DNA of 64,000 bases from Lama glama. Taxonomy: Eukaryota. The notes under the pieces are model-generated. The model was not told where the DNA came from. It searched no databases and worked only from the letters and a program-made list of their open reading frames with translations. The DNA is taken from contig CM052817.1 of NCBI GenBank assembly GCA_028534125.1, forward strand, positions 35,590,001 to 35,654,000, given 5' to 3'. Below, piece by piece: positions 12,782-25,516 of this stretch; the first letter of the stretch is position 1; each line of letters begins with the position of its first letter. A program made the position numbers and the translations under genes.

Positions 12782-13324
12782 TTCAGGGGTCAGTCATACA
12801 TACTCACTGTGGCATAAAAATTATCTTTAGCAGAAGGCATTTGAGTTCCTGAAATCTCATTTTCCTAAAAGGAGAACTATAAAGACCTCAGTTGTCATAA
12901 ATCCCCTTCCCTGGGATCCACCAGGGATGACTGACTCTTATCATGGGTGATGAAGTCTCCACACATCTAAACAGACATGGTCACAAAACTATCACATCTC
13001 CTGTCTGTCCTCCAGAGGCCCAATTATCTTCCCAAAAACTCATTTGTTTTCCCAAGAGTGCCCTTTCTCCTTCCCCTTCTCTTATTGAGAACTGATTTGT
13101 TTTCCCATTAGTGTCTTTTTCTCCTTCCTCTTCCCTTTGTTAAAATGATATATAAGCCCCAAATTCTAACTTCTCTTTGAATCACATTTTTCTGTGCACA
13201 ATCTACATACTTCAACAAAAATATGGTGATTAAATATTATCTTTTGCTAATCTGTTTTTGTCAGTTGAATTCAAAACAGCCCAATCACTAAAGAGAGTAC
13301 AGGAAAAGTCTTAACTCCCTGACA
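12782..13324 (+). mobile_element. Solo LTR inserted in an old antisense L1 (~12420-13630)
   Basis: Inverted termini tcagggg and ccctgaca, TATA-like tatataagc near 13150; L1 3' homology on both sides. Confidence 0.5.
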
Positions 13325-15649
13325 CTTTATTCTATTGTGTGAGTATATTAAAATTAGTTTTATCCATTTGCCACATAGACTTTTGAGTTATTCCCAATTT
13401 TTGGACCCTTCCCTACAGGGTCTTTACATGGCATAAATGTTTGATTCTGTTCAGCTAATTCCTGGAATGGTGTATCTAGATAATGTATTAAGTGTCTCTA
13501 TAGGAAACTTCAAGGCTGTTTCCAAAATGGCTGTCTCAGTTTGCATTTCCATCAACAATATATGAAGTTCCAGTTGCTCAGCATCCTCATTAGCACTTTA
13601 TATTGTCCACTGTTTTAGCCATTCTGGAAGGCTCAGTGATAATTTGAAGACAAATATGGAAAATACACAGTTCATTCATTGATTGATAAAAACAGCGCCT
13701 GGTTTTAGCTTTAGTTGGGTTGATACACTTTGCTGCACGTTTAATTTTGTTGACTGTGTCAGGAATAAGATCATGTGGAGAATATAACATGGTTCCTTAT
13801 CTCCAGGTCCTCACAGTCAGACATGGAAAAGAAAGTATGTACACAAGTACCCTTCCCACGGCACTTTGGGAACACAGACTAGAAAGATTTTGCCTCTTTC
13901 CTGGAGGAAGACAAAGGCTACCGGAAGTTATCTTTTGAGTCAAGTCCCCTTTCACCTAAACTGTGATGAGTTTTGAAGGTTAAAATGTCAATCCTGGGTC
14001 TTCAGTATTTTAAAAAGTGATGGAAGTCAATAACATCTCACCTAGCCAGAAGGTAATTAATCTTAACATTAAAAAATTCTTAAGAGTAAGTAAAACGTGG
14101 ATCTGAAGGGACTTCTTACCTCAAATACCCTGTCTGTATAGCCACTGACCGAAGTAGGTCTTCAGGCCCAGGGAAATAAAAGATATTTTCAGAAAGGGGT
14201 GCTGCTGGGACCAGGCAAGAACAGAGGAAGACTGGAGAATTTGAGAGATGTGGAAAGAGCAGCAGACAGGTTGAAAATCTGAGCCCCTGGGTTCTCTTTC
14301 CAGCTATGCCCTAACTAGTTGTACAAACCTGGACAAGCCAAATGCTTGCAGGCCCGTCTTCTTTCATCTATAAAGCAAGACCTTGGACCCCTGAGATCTT
14401 CTTCAGTTGTGACATTTTGTGGTCTGCACACCATAGGGAGGGAAATTCTGGGAAGGAGGACAACAGGGAAGGCCAGAGCAGAGAGATGGAATACAAGGGA
14501 GGGGCAGGGCAATGCAGATGATGGGCTGTGCAGGCAGAGGGGGTGTGGCTTGTATGTAAACAGGAGCAAATGGACAGACCCCTAAGGCCCAGACAGACTG
14601 TTAAATTCCACCAAGGAAAATCCAAGGAGAGATTGGTGTGTGGAACTAGGAGTGTGTTAGGAATATAATATGCAGAAGAGCAGGAAGTGAGATTTTCAAC
14701 AGGAAGGCAGCGCACAGGGACCAGTGATCTAGGAGTATTTATTTATCCATTCAATGAATAGTTATTGAAAAGGAGATATTTTAGGGGCCATTCAAAGAGG
14801 CAGACCAGCATTGATCATGAGAAAAGTCTGATGGGGACTGAACTGGGATACTGATGAGGGTATGGAGGGCCCCACTCTGAGAGACTCTGATACCAAGCTA
14901 GGATCCTATGAATTAACACACATATGTTGAGCAACTACCATGTTATAGACACTGGAGATAAAGATCAAATTCTCTGCCCTTCCAGAGCTTGGTTCTAGTA
15001 AGAAAGGTAAACAATAAAAGGGTAAATAAATAAAATGCATGGCATGTTTATTAGGGATAAATGGTAGCAAGAAAAACAAAGCAGGGAAGGACAACAGAAT
15101 TGGATGCAAAGGGGAGGGGCTGAAATTCAAAAGAGTGTGGCCTCTGAGAAGGTGACCTCTGAACCGAGGAGAGGAGGAGATGAGCAGCGTGAACAGAGAG
15201 GTACAGGAGAGTCTTTCAGAAAAGGAATAGAAAGCAGAACAAGGGACCTGAGCTGGGAGAGTAGCCAGGGTTCAAGGAGGCCAGTGAGGTGAAGGGAAAA
15301 GGAACAAGGGGAAAGTGGTTCAAAATGTGGTCTGGGCTCTGCGAGAAGGCAGGAGGAAGCCCGGCTCATTCTGGGGCTCCCTGGCTCGCCTCCCTCCCTT
15401 CTCTCAGCATTTAGGGAGCACCTCTGTGGCTTAAGCTGCAGACACTGTTGTGAGTAAGACACTGTGTTCCATTTCCTGAACCAGAGCAAAAGCTCAGGGC
15501 CCAACTGGCAGCAGGGTAGACTAAGGTGCCATCAACAGAACTGGACCAGGGTCTTAAATCCCTGTCTTCAGACATCATCAGTCTTGAAGCCAGTGGGGCT
15601 CAAGGCCTACTGGTGGGTCTCCCCACAGAGGGCAAAAGAAGCTACAGAG

Positions 15650-15807
15650 GGGGTAAGGGTATAGCTCAAGTGGTAGAGCACATGCTTAGCATGCATGAGG
15701 TCCTGGGTTCAATCCCCAGAACCTTCTCTAAAAATAAATAAACCTAATTACCTCCCCACCAAAATAAAAAAAAAAATTAAATAATAAATAAATAATATTA
15801 AAAAAAA
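15650..15807 (+). mobile_element. tRNA-derived SINE
   Basis: Near-consensus copy; TSD aaaagaagctacagag at 15634-15649 and 15808-15823. Confidence 0.92.
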
Positions 15808-18679
15808 AAAAGAAGCTACAGAGAAGATCCTGGGGCTCCCAGATATATTGAACTAAAAGATATACAACTTGTAGAAAATACCTGTGCAAGATTCAAGCTT
15901 TAACAGAATAAAATGCACTATAGATTTCTAAGCTGCTGAGAATTTGAAGTATCACTGGTCTAACCTCTTCATTTTTCAGACAAAACTCAAGATAAGTGAT
16001 TTCTCAAAGCAACAGAGGGAAGGAGAAACAGTTTTCTAGCCTACCTGGCCAGTGCACTTTCTAGTCTATCACCACTTCTTTCTTTACCTTCATCAAAAGT
16101 TTCAGAATAAGGTCGTAGATAGCAGAAAGCACTATTTTAAATTATGTTGTAAGTTTACTGTTAACTAAATGAGAAATAGAAACTGTCCTGACTCAGAGAA
16201 CAAGAATTTTAGAGTCAGAGTTCAATTGTACAGGATTGGTTATGTCAGGAAGAGATCCCTGGAGGTGCAAGCAGTAACAGGTACTACTGGAAATGTAACG
16301 TAAGGAACATGGGAGAAACGCCTGAAACATAAGTCCCTGACAGACAAAAGTCATCTCACTCCAGTGACAGTTAAGAGTGAACCTGAAACCCAATAGCATC
16401 AGGATGGAGATACTGTACCCTAATTTTTAATCAACACAAACGTTGAGTAAGATGAAACATTTCAAGCAGATTATTGAACTTCAGTGTAACATTAATGTGG
16501 GTTAAGTAAAACTAAGTTCTTTTCTAGAGAGAAAAATGAAGCATGATTAGGAATAAAAAGCACATAGAAGCTTAAAAAACAGTATTTAACCAAACTTGTG
16601 AAATAAATTTCTAGAGAAAAATATTACTAAGAACATATGATAATTAAAAATTTTTAAATGATTAATTAAATTTGTTAGAAATAATCCATATTCTCAAAAT
16701 AAGAAAACAAACACTCATTCACATTTTAACATCTTTATCTTGCAGAAGATCTTAAATTTTGGATGCAGAAAAGTATGGCCTCTTGATAAACAATTAAGAA
16801 TTCAAGTTCACAGCAACAGCTTCCCTCAAGGACAATTTCTACTGATTTGTAACTTGGCCTTGAATTTGACCTGTGGCCTTCATGTCATGATAATTTGGGT
16901 CACTCTGAATATGCCATCTCTTGAACAAGGGCCTCTGCTAATTTTAAATGAACGCAGCTGCCGATTTTCCATTCTTTTATTTGCATCACAATATGTGGGA
17001 ATAAATTTGCAATTAATAAAACATTTCCAGTAAGCAGTCAGACTGAGGAGTTGAAGGACATTTATCTAGTAAGTTTAAAAAGAGACATTTCATTTTTGCC
17101 TTTTTGTACAAGAAAAAAGGAAAGAACGTCTACATCTTCGAGATTGTCTTTGAGACCAGAATTGTTCTCTGGGCTACAGCATCTAAAAAGCCATGCAACC
17201 TCAAATTAGGTTTTAGTTTAAAAAAATGAAATAATAAGTTTGAAAAAAAAATGTAGAAAAGTTTGCACCAGGTCTACGAAAGTTTTTTCTCCCTTTTTTC
17301 CTTCCTTCACTCTTTCTTTCCTTCCCTCCTCCATTCTTCTCTTTCATTTTTTTCTTTCCCTCTCTTCTATGTTCTTTTTCTTTTCTTTTTCCTTCCTTTC
17401 TTCATTTTTTTCATTTCCTCTTTATCTTGATGAAAAGTTTGATTCATGAGGAGGGCTTGCATTTAGTATTAAATATTAATACCTTTGGTAGTTAAACATA
17501 TTAGGGCTTTCATTCCATCTTGAATTTGACACTGGAAAATTAATACTATATTGTCTAGATTTAGGAAAACAGGTTTACTGAAGAAGAGACCAACAAAGTA
17601 AGGAGTCTGGAAGCTTTCTCATAAGCTAGACAAGTGAAGGAAGTTGAAAGAGAAGGAACTGAAGGGGCTGAAGGATGAATTAGGGAAGTCTCAATAGATG
17701 AGTTTTGAGGCTTGCTGTTTTCACCTTGTATAATGTTCCGTTCTCAGTTTTCCACCTGTTGAAATTCTCCTAATTCCCCAAGGCTAGATTGGATAATCAC
17801 CTACTGTGAGAATTTTCTAGATCCACTTAGTTAGAAACTATCTCCCTACTCTGAATTCTCCTGGCACTTGCTGCTGCCTTTATTATAATACTAGTGATAG
17901 TCCAGCTTCTCCAGATCTGGTTAGTCAGGGCCTTGAATGGCATACAAAGAGGTTTAAAGGGAGCCACTCATTTTCTGAGGACAGCTGTGATTTAAGGTTA
18001 TCAAAGGCAGACTAATAAGATGTTTCTGGTGTAAACAAAAGGGAAGGAGTGCACGAGACTACTTTCTCTCAACATACTATGTGCCAGGTAACATGCATGG
18101 TTACCCTGCTTTATAAATATATGGAGGCAGGGTACTCTCGGAGACTTGCTCACGAAGCAGCCTCTACGTCCTCACCACTCTCTTTATCCTCTGTAATCTG
18201 ACGGTAAATGCTACACTGAAATCGTGCTTTGAAGGCTAAGCATTGACCTGCTACCTGCCACGTCTAGGTACTTGTCCCTTCTTTCCTCATTCTTTCAACT
18301 TTAGTCCCAGATCTTCCCGAAACATTTTCTGACAACTCAGGAACTGCTTGCCTTTTCCTAGCTTACTGTTTAAAATTTGGAAGGTATACCTATTTTTGAA
18401 TCGTAGACCTTTAAAACGAAGCCTAATTAGTTAAGGGGGGGCTATAGTGGAGACTAGAAGAGATTCTGAAGGGTATTTTCGAGTGCTTTAGACTTGAAAA
18501 GGGCGGATAACAATGCTTCTAAAGAGGACGTCAAAGCCTGTACGTTTTTCTTTTAACAGGTCTATTCTCATGCATTCACGCCAGGGCTGGAGGATAACTT
18601 TTTTTGTTGTTTGTTTACGAAGGAAATGAAGAAAGGGAGCGGGGCTCGCCTCTTTTTTGACCTAAGAGCTAAGGTGAGG

Positions 18680-20350
18680 GGGCCGGGCGAATTACGCGCG
18701 GCCCCGCCTAAGCGCGCCCCGAGCCCAGCCGGGGCCCAGAGCAACCCCCTTCTCTCAGGGGCGGGGCGGGGCGGGCCAGGCGCGCGCGCCGGCGAGGGGG
18801 CGGGTCCCGCGGGCGGCGGCGGCGGCGGCTGCGGCGGCGGCGCGGGCCGGGAGCGCGGCGTAGCCTCCTGTGTTGGAATGTGTGGCTCCCGCGAGCTCGC
18901 GGCGCAGCGACCCAGCAAGCGCCGTCGAGGCCCCTGACCCCAGACCCCGGCGGTGGCGGAGGCGGCGACGGCCAGGCGAGAATCGGTGGCCTCAATACTC
19001 TGTGCAGCCTCACTCCTGCGTCTTCGCGGGCCTCGACGGCCCCAGCGTCCAACTTTTCCACCCTCCCTCTCCCCTCCCCTGAAACTCCAGCAACAAAGAA
19101 AAGTAGTCGGTGTAGGAGCTGCGACGCCGGGTCGTCACCCCTCCTCGTCAGGGAAGGCCGGTAAGCGCGACGCGGTCTGAGGACGGTGGCGGGGAGGGGA
19201 GAGGACGGGAGGGCCGTCCGGGCGGCGGCGCGAGGGGGAGGGGGAGGGCGCGGAAGGACGCGGAGCGAGGCGCTGTCCAGGGCTGATTTGCAGATACTAT
19301 GGCTCCGGCGGCGGCGGCGGCCCGGGCAGGCGGGGGCGAGCAACCGCGCGGGATCGGGTTACACCGCCGCGGCCCGGGGGCTGGGCCGGGGGCGTCCGTG
19401 GGGAGCGGCTCGGCGCCAGGACCCCCTCCCCAGCTGAGGCCCGGCCGCCGCCTCCGCGCGGGCCCGGGCGTCCCTCGGAGTCGGGTCCTGGGGCGAGGAG
19501 CGGAGCAGCTTGGGGCCCTAGTCCTGAAACTTCCTCTCGTCGTCCTCCGGCTCCAGGTCCCGCCGCAGCCCCTCGCCTGCCGGCGGCCCTCCCGTCCCCC
19601 TCCCTCCGGCCTCTCCCTTTCGCCGGAAGGCGCCGTTGAGTGCGGCCGGGCGGGTTGAGTCAGCCCGGGGCCCGGGCGGTTCCGCCAATGGGGCTGGACA
19701 GCGGTTTCTGCGCTCCGGCCGCCCGGCCGGCCGGGTCCTCGGCGCCGGGCCACCTCGCGGGCTGGGACGGCGGGGCCGGGGCGCGCGTCCCGCGGGGCGC
19801 CGTTGGGGAGTGAGCCCGCAAACTTCCGGGGCGCGGGGGGCGGCCGGCGAGCTTGGGGCCCCCTCCGGCTCTCGGGGCCCAGCGCCCTGGGAGGGCGTTC
19901 GCGGAGGCTCCCCGGCCCTCTGCTGAGGGCGAGCCCAGCGCCGGTGAGGAGCCGGGACGGCGCGACGCGGTAACTTTTCTCCCTCTTCCTGGACTCGGGC
20001 TCTTGGGCCGGGAGGGGGCAGCCTGAACTGGGGAAGACTGGGTCCGGCCCAGCGGCGCCCCGAGTTTGCCTATCTTGCCTTCTTTAGTGTTGGGGAGCCC
20101 AGGAAAAGCTTCAGGACGAGAGTTGGGAAACTCGGCGAGTTGGGGTGTCGGTGTGTGGCAGTGAGTGGGCCGAGCCGAGAGGAAGCGAGAGCGCCCGAGT
20201 TTGCAGAGAGCTGCTTTGTGTTTGGTACGTATTTTGAGAAAATGGCCGAATGCCTATTTCAGTCCGGAATGCCGCCGCCGAGGCAGGCGCTGGTGGCAGC
20301 AGCACGTAGGAATTCGTGCAGCACGTTGGGTTTCCGGGCTGTGCTTGGAC
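18680..20350 (+). promoter_or_regulatory. REST: REST CpG-island promoter with alternative non-coding first exons
   Basis: Very high GC and CpG density, tandem GC boxes at 18758-18775, (GGC)n at 18812-18841, strong donor CCG|GTAAG at 19160/19161, weaker candidate donors near 19970 and 20390. Confidence 0.85.
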
Positions 20351-20942
20351 GGTCTTCTTGACCAACGTGCAAATTCCTTTAGAGTTGGTAGGTAGGGTTT
20401 GGGGAGTATGAAAAAGTCGATGTTTGGGTAAGTTACCGAGTAGCCTGGCTGTTAAGCACTTGAACAGCTTTTGCTTTGTGTGATGGCATTTGATTCCAAC
20501 TTTCGTTGGTACATAAAACTCAACCGGTTTGGGCTTGTACAGTCGGTGAAACGGATTACTTTTTTGGGTTTAACGTTATTTTTTTAGTCCTTATCAATTA
20601 TTTTGCTTTTTCCAATTTGCAAGAGAAGACCTAATTTGAGAATAACACCTTTTAGATTGGAAAGTAACATGGTTAAGGCAGTCTATTAAAAGGTCCAACA
20701 TGTTTTCAAGGTGATCTTGTAATGGCTCCACTAGGCAGTTGGGCCAAGTCAAGCACAATGCAAGAAAGTTGCTGATTGTGAAGATGAGTTGACCCGTTAC
20801 TTTATTATAGGGTTTGAAGGTTTCTTTACTTTCATGTGTGAAGTTTTGAATACAAACTTAACCTTTTCAAAGGAGAAAAGTCCATAAGTTTTATTTTAAA
20901 GAGATTGTCATTAAAAAAAAAGAAACTTAAGTTTTCAAAGCA

Positions 20943-23900
20943 CAGTGGATCCTTGAACAAGAGGAATTTGATCTGCATGGGTCTGATTGTAGATTTTGTT
21001 TTCAATAAATATATTGGAAAATTTCTTGGAGATATGCAACATTTTGAAAAAATTTACAGACAATACACATAGCCTAGAAATATCAAAAAGAAAAAGGTGC
21101 ATCATGAGTGCATAAAGTATATGTAGGTACTGGAATATTTTATCATTTACTACCATTAAATACATACAAATCTAATAAAAAGTTAAAATTGATCAAAACT
21201 TACCCAAACACACTACTCATGGCATCATTTCTAATCTAGAGAAATGTAAACAAATGTAAAGATGCAGTATTAACTCATAACGCCATAAAATTAACTATAG
21301 TTCATACTGTACTATTGTAATAATTTTGCGGCTACTTCCTGTTAATAATTCAGTGAGCTCAAGGGTTGTAAGTATCTACTTAAAACATGGGGTGATGCTA
21401 ATCATTTCCTTGTGAGCAGACTCTCCAGTAAATTGTGAACCTGTTCAGTGCAATACTGAAAACCTTGGATAACACCAGGGACTCATACTGACATTAGTAA
21501 TGCTGGAAGTGCTCCCAAAGAAAGAGTAGTTAGGACTAAGAAAAAGTTGAATTGCTTGATAATGTACGCAGAGGTTGATGTCTGCACTTGAAGTTGCCCA
21601 CTACTTCAGGATAAAAGATTCCACACTAAGGACCAATGTTTAAAAAAAAAAAAGAAAATTCGTAAAGTCATCACTGCAGCTATGCCAGCAGGCCTGAAAA
21701 CCTTGCACATTTTGGGAAATTACTTTTTATCTTGTATTAAAATGTAGCTTTTATGTGGGTGCAGGATTGCTGTAAGAAAGGCATATGTATGGATTCTAAA
21801 ATGATTTGAGAAAAACCATGAAGAATATCATTGAGAAATAATATCAGCCTCAACAGGTTTTTAATGCAGACAGAAGTGCCCTATTCTGGGAAAAAAGTGC
21901 CACAAGGGATATTTATTAATAAGAGAAGCAAACACCAGGGTTTAAGGCAGGAAAGGATAGCCTGACTCAATGTTTTGTTTAACTATAGTGGGGTTTATGA
22001 TCAGGACTGTACTTATCTGTAAAGCTGCTAGCCCCCAAGCCTTGAAGAGAAAAGATAAACACCAGCTGCCAGTCTTTTGGTTGTGCTACAATAAGAAGGC
22101 TTGAACAACGAGAACCCTTTTTTCTGGATTGGTTCCATCAATGCTTAGTCTCTGAAGTCAAGAAATAAATTGCCAGTAAGGGACTACCTTTTAAAGTGTT
22201 TTGATTTGGGCAGTACCCCTGGCCATACAAAACCCTATGAGTTTGACACTGAAGCTGTCAGAATGGTCTGCTTGCCCCCAAACACACTGTCTTTAATTCA
22301 GCCTGTAGATCTCAGGGGATGTTAAGCATTTTAAAGAGGCTCATTACACGTAGTATTCTGTGGAAAGATTGTCAGTGCTATGGAATGGAACCCAGATAGA
22401 ACATCATGAAATTCTGGAAGGAGTGCACCATTGAGGATGCCATTGTTACAGAAAAAGCTGTGAACGTCATTAAGCCTGAAAAAATAAATTCCTGCCATAG
22501 AAAACCTTCCAGATACTGTGCATGACTTCACATGATTTATGACAGAGCCAATCAAAGAAATGGGAAAAAGATTCTAGATATGGCCAAAAAAAAGTGAAGT
22601 GTTTCAACATAGGGATAGGGATCCAGAGAAAATTCAGCAGCTAATAAATATGTCAGAGGAATTAAGATGCCTTGATGGAGATGAGTACTTTTCCAACCAA
22701 TGCCAGACTTTGAAGAATAAGACGTAGAAGAAGCAGTACCAGAAAACAAATTGACATTCTGACAGAAGGGTTCCGATTATTCAAGATTGTTTTTGACCTA
22801 TAACGTGGACTCTTGTATGATATGGGCACTGAAACTAAAGCAAATGGTAGAAGAAGAATTAGTACCATGTAGAAACGCTTTGGGAGAAATGCTAAGGCAA
22901 AAAAGTTAGGCAGAAATTAGGATGTATTTTTGTCAAGTCATGCAAGTATGCCTGCTTCTCCTGCCTTCCCATCCACCTCTTCCACCCCTGAGACTGCAAG
23001 ACCAGCCTCTTCCTCCTCCTCAGCCTCCATGTGAATGAAGACCACTAGGATACAGACCTTTATGATGACCCACTTCCACGTAATGAGTAGCAAATAATCA
23101 TCATGCTGTACAGTTAATACACTTGCTTGGTGTGTGTGTGTGTGTTGTGAAAATCTAGTAACTATGGCTAGAGCCCTGAAATGTTTTTGTCATCATCTTT
23201 ATCTCCTGAGTGTTCATTGTGTAGAACAAGGTTTGCAAGACTTGAAGTGGATAGCCTATCCTTACATAGGTATAAAATGATTGGTATTTAATATAAAAAG
23301 TTGACAAATATAAATTTGTTTTCCTACTGTTTTATAACTTTGTTTTCAAATAATTACATTACTGTACAGTATGCTTTTTTCTTAATTGGTCATCTGTTTA
23401 TCAGCCTGTCATCATAGGTAACTTTTTTTTTAATGTAACAGTGTTTACAACACTGTATTATGAATATGGCTGTAATACTGTATGCCATAAAAATGTTAAA
23501 AATGATTCATTAATTTGCATGTATGCTAGGCTACCAGGAAGCAATCATATTGCTGCTCACGTCAGTGCATAAATTGTTATACCTCTAAATAAATATGAAT
23601 TTCTTTTTCACATTGTCTTTATTTTTGATATCTAGTATTTGTACTTTTTTTGACATCTACAGTATTTTGTATCATATAAGACAATATGGATGTAGATACT
23701 GATGATTCATCTTGTACACAAACTTATGGTATCATTAAATATAGTACTGTAAATGTATTTTCTCTTATGATTATCTTAAGCTTACTTTGTTGTAAGAATA
23801 CATATAATATGCAAAATATGTGTTAATCCGCTGTGTTATTGGTAAGGCTTCTGGTCAGCAGTAGGCTATTGGTAGTTAAGTTTTTGTGGAGTCAAAAGTT

Positions 23901-24124
23901 ATCCTCAAAGTGGGAAGGATATAGCTCAAGTGGTAGAATGCAGGCTTAGCAGTCACAGGGGTCATGAGTTCAATCCCCAGTACCTCCTCTAAAAATAAAT
24001 AAATAAACCTAATTACCACCCCCAACCAAAAAATAAAAATAAAAACCGAAAAAAGTTATTCTCAGATTTTGGACTAAACCAGGAAGTCAGTGCCCCAAAC
24101 CCTTTGTTGTTCAAGGGTCAGCTC
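20943..24124 (+). mobile_element. Near full-length Tigger2-family (pogo-like) DNA transposon fossil in REST intron 1
   Basis: TIRs cagtggatccttgaacaa and ttgttcaagggtcagctc followed by TA; decayed DDE transposase text QQVFNADRSALFW near 21851-21889 and PGFKAGKD. Confidence 0.82.
23911..24050 (+). mobile_element. tRNA-derived SINE nested in the Tigger element
   Basis: A and B boxes and tail; TSD aaaagttat(c/t)ctca on both sides. Confidence 0.88.
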
Positions 24125-24443
24125 TAGTTTATTCTTTTGTGGTTAATTGGGTTCATATGAGGTTTAAACTATTGACCAATTATTACAGGGTTCTACTTTT
24201 CAGACTGTACTTAATAAAATGCAGAGTTGACTTGGATTTTTCACCTTTCTGATTCAGACCAGTAAACTGTTGAAGCAGGAGTTGGGAGGATAGCATGTAT
24301 GGAATTCATGTATGGAATTTAAAATATAGTTTAAATTAACACTAAAAATGAAGGTAACATTTTTCTATCAGAAAAGTTAGAAGTGCTTGAGGGAAGGCAC
24401 ACCCGTAGTAGACCGGGAAGAGTTATGTCAGACAATTGAAAGA

Positions 24444-24543
24444 NNNNNNNNNNNNNNNNNNNNNNNNNNNNNNNNNNNNNNNNNNNNNNNNNNNNNNNNN
24501 NNNNNNNNNNNNNNNNNNNNNNNNNNNNNNNNNNNNNNNNNNN
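24444..24543. other. Assembly gap (100 N)
   Basis: Run of N. Confidence 1.
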
Positions 24544-24621
24544 CTCTGTCCATGAGTCTATTTCTGTCCTGTATTTATGCTTTGGTGTTTTTTTGTTTTG
24601 TTTTGAATACAGAACACAGTT

Positions 24622-25516
24622 ATGGCCACCCAGGTAATGGGACAGTCTTCCGGAGGAGGAGGGCTGTTCCCCAGCAGTGGTAGTATCGGCATGGCCTTGT
24701 CTAATGACATGTACGACTTGCCTGATCTCTCCAGAGCAGAACTGGCTGCACCTCAGCTCATCATGTTGGCAAATGTGGCCCTAACTGGAGAAGTAAATGG
24801 CAGCTGCTGTGATTACCTGGTTGGCGAAGAAAGACAGATGGCAGAATTGATGCCTGTTGGGGATAACAATTTTTCAGATAGTGATGGAGAAGGACTTGAG
24901 GAGTCTCCTGAAGAGAAAGGTGAACACAGTGGACTGGAAAACATGGAACTGGAGAGTTTGGAACTCAGTGTTGTGGAACCACAGCCTGTGTTTGAGGTAT
25001 CAGCTGCCCCAGAAACGTACAGCTCAAATGAAGATCTTCCTCCAGAAACACCTGTAGCAGAGGACAAATGCAAGAATTTGAAGACCAAACCCTTTCGCTG
25101 TAAACCATGCCAATATGAAGCAGAATCTGAAGAACAGTTTGTGCATCACATCCGAGTTCATAGTGCCAAGAAATTTTTTGTGGAAGAAAGTGCAGAGAAG
25201 CAAGCAAAAGCCAGGGAATCTGGCTCTTCCACTGCAGAAGAGGGAGATTTCTCCAAGGGCCCCATCCGCTGTGACCGCTGCGGCTACAATACCAATCGAT
25301 ACGATCACTATACCGCTCACCTGAAACACCACACCAGAGCGGGGGATAATGAGCGAGTCTACAAGTGCATCATTTGCACGTACACCACAGTAAGCGAATA
25401 TCACTGGAGGAAACACTTGAGAAACCATTTTCCAAGGAAAGTATACACATGTGGAAAATGCAACTATTTTTCAGACAGAAAAAACAACTATGTTCAGCAT
25501 GTTCGAACTCATACGG
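24622..25516 (+). CDS. REST: REST/NRSF coding exon 2 (N-terminal Sin3-binding repression domain, zinc fingers 1-4)
   Basis: MATQVMGQSSGGGGLF..APQLIMLANVALTGE..CKPCQYEAESEEQFVHHIRVH; acceptor AG at 24611-24612, donor G|GTAAG after 25516. Confidence 0.98.

Noticed and set aside
18568..19926. Many overlapping Gly/Ala/Pro/Arg-rich ORFs up to 211 aa
   Set aside because: Stop-codon scarcity in the CpG island explains them; no recognisable domains.
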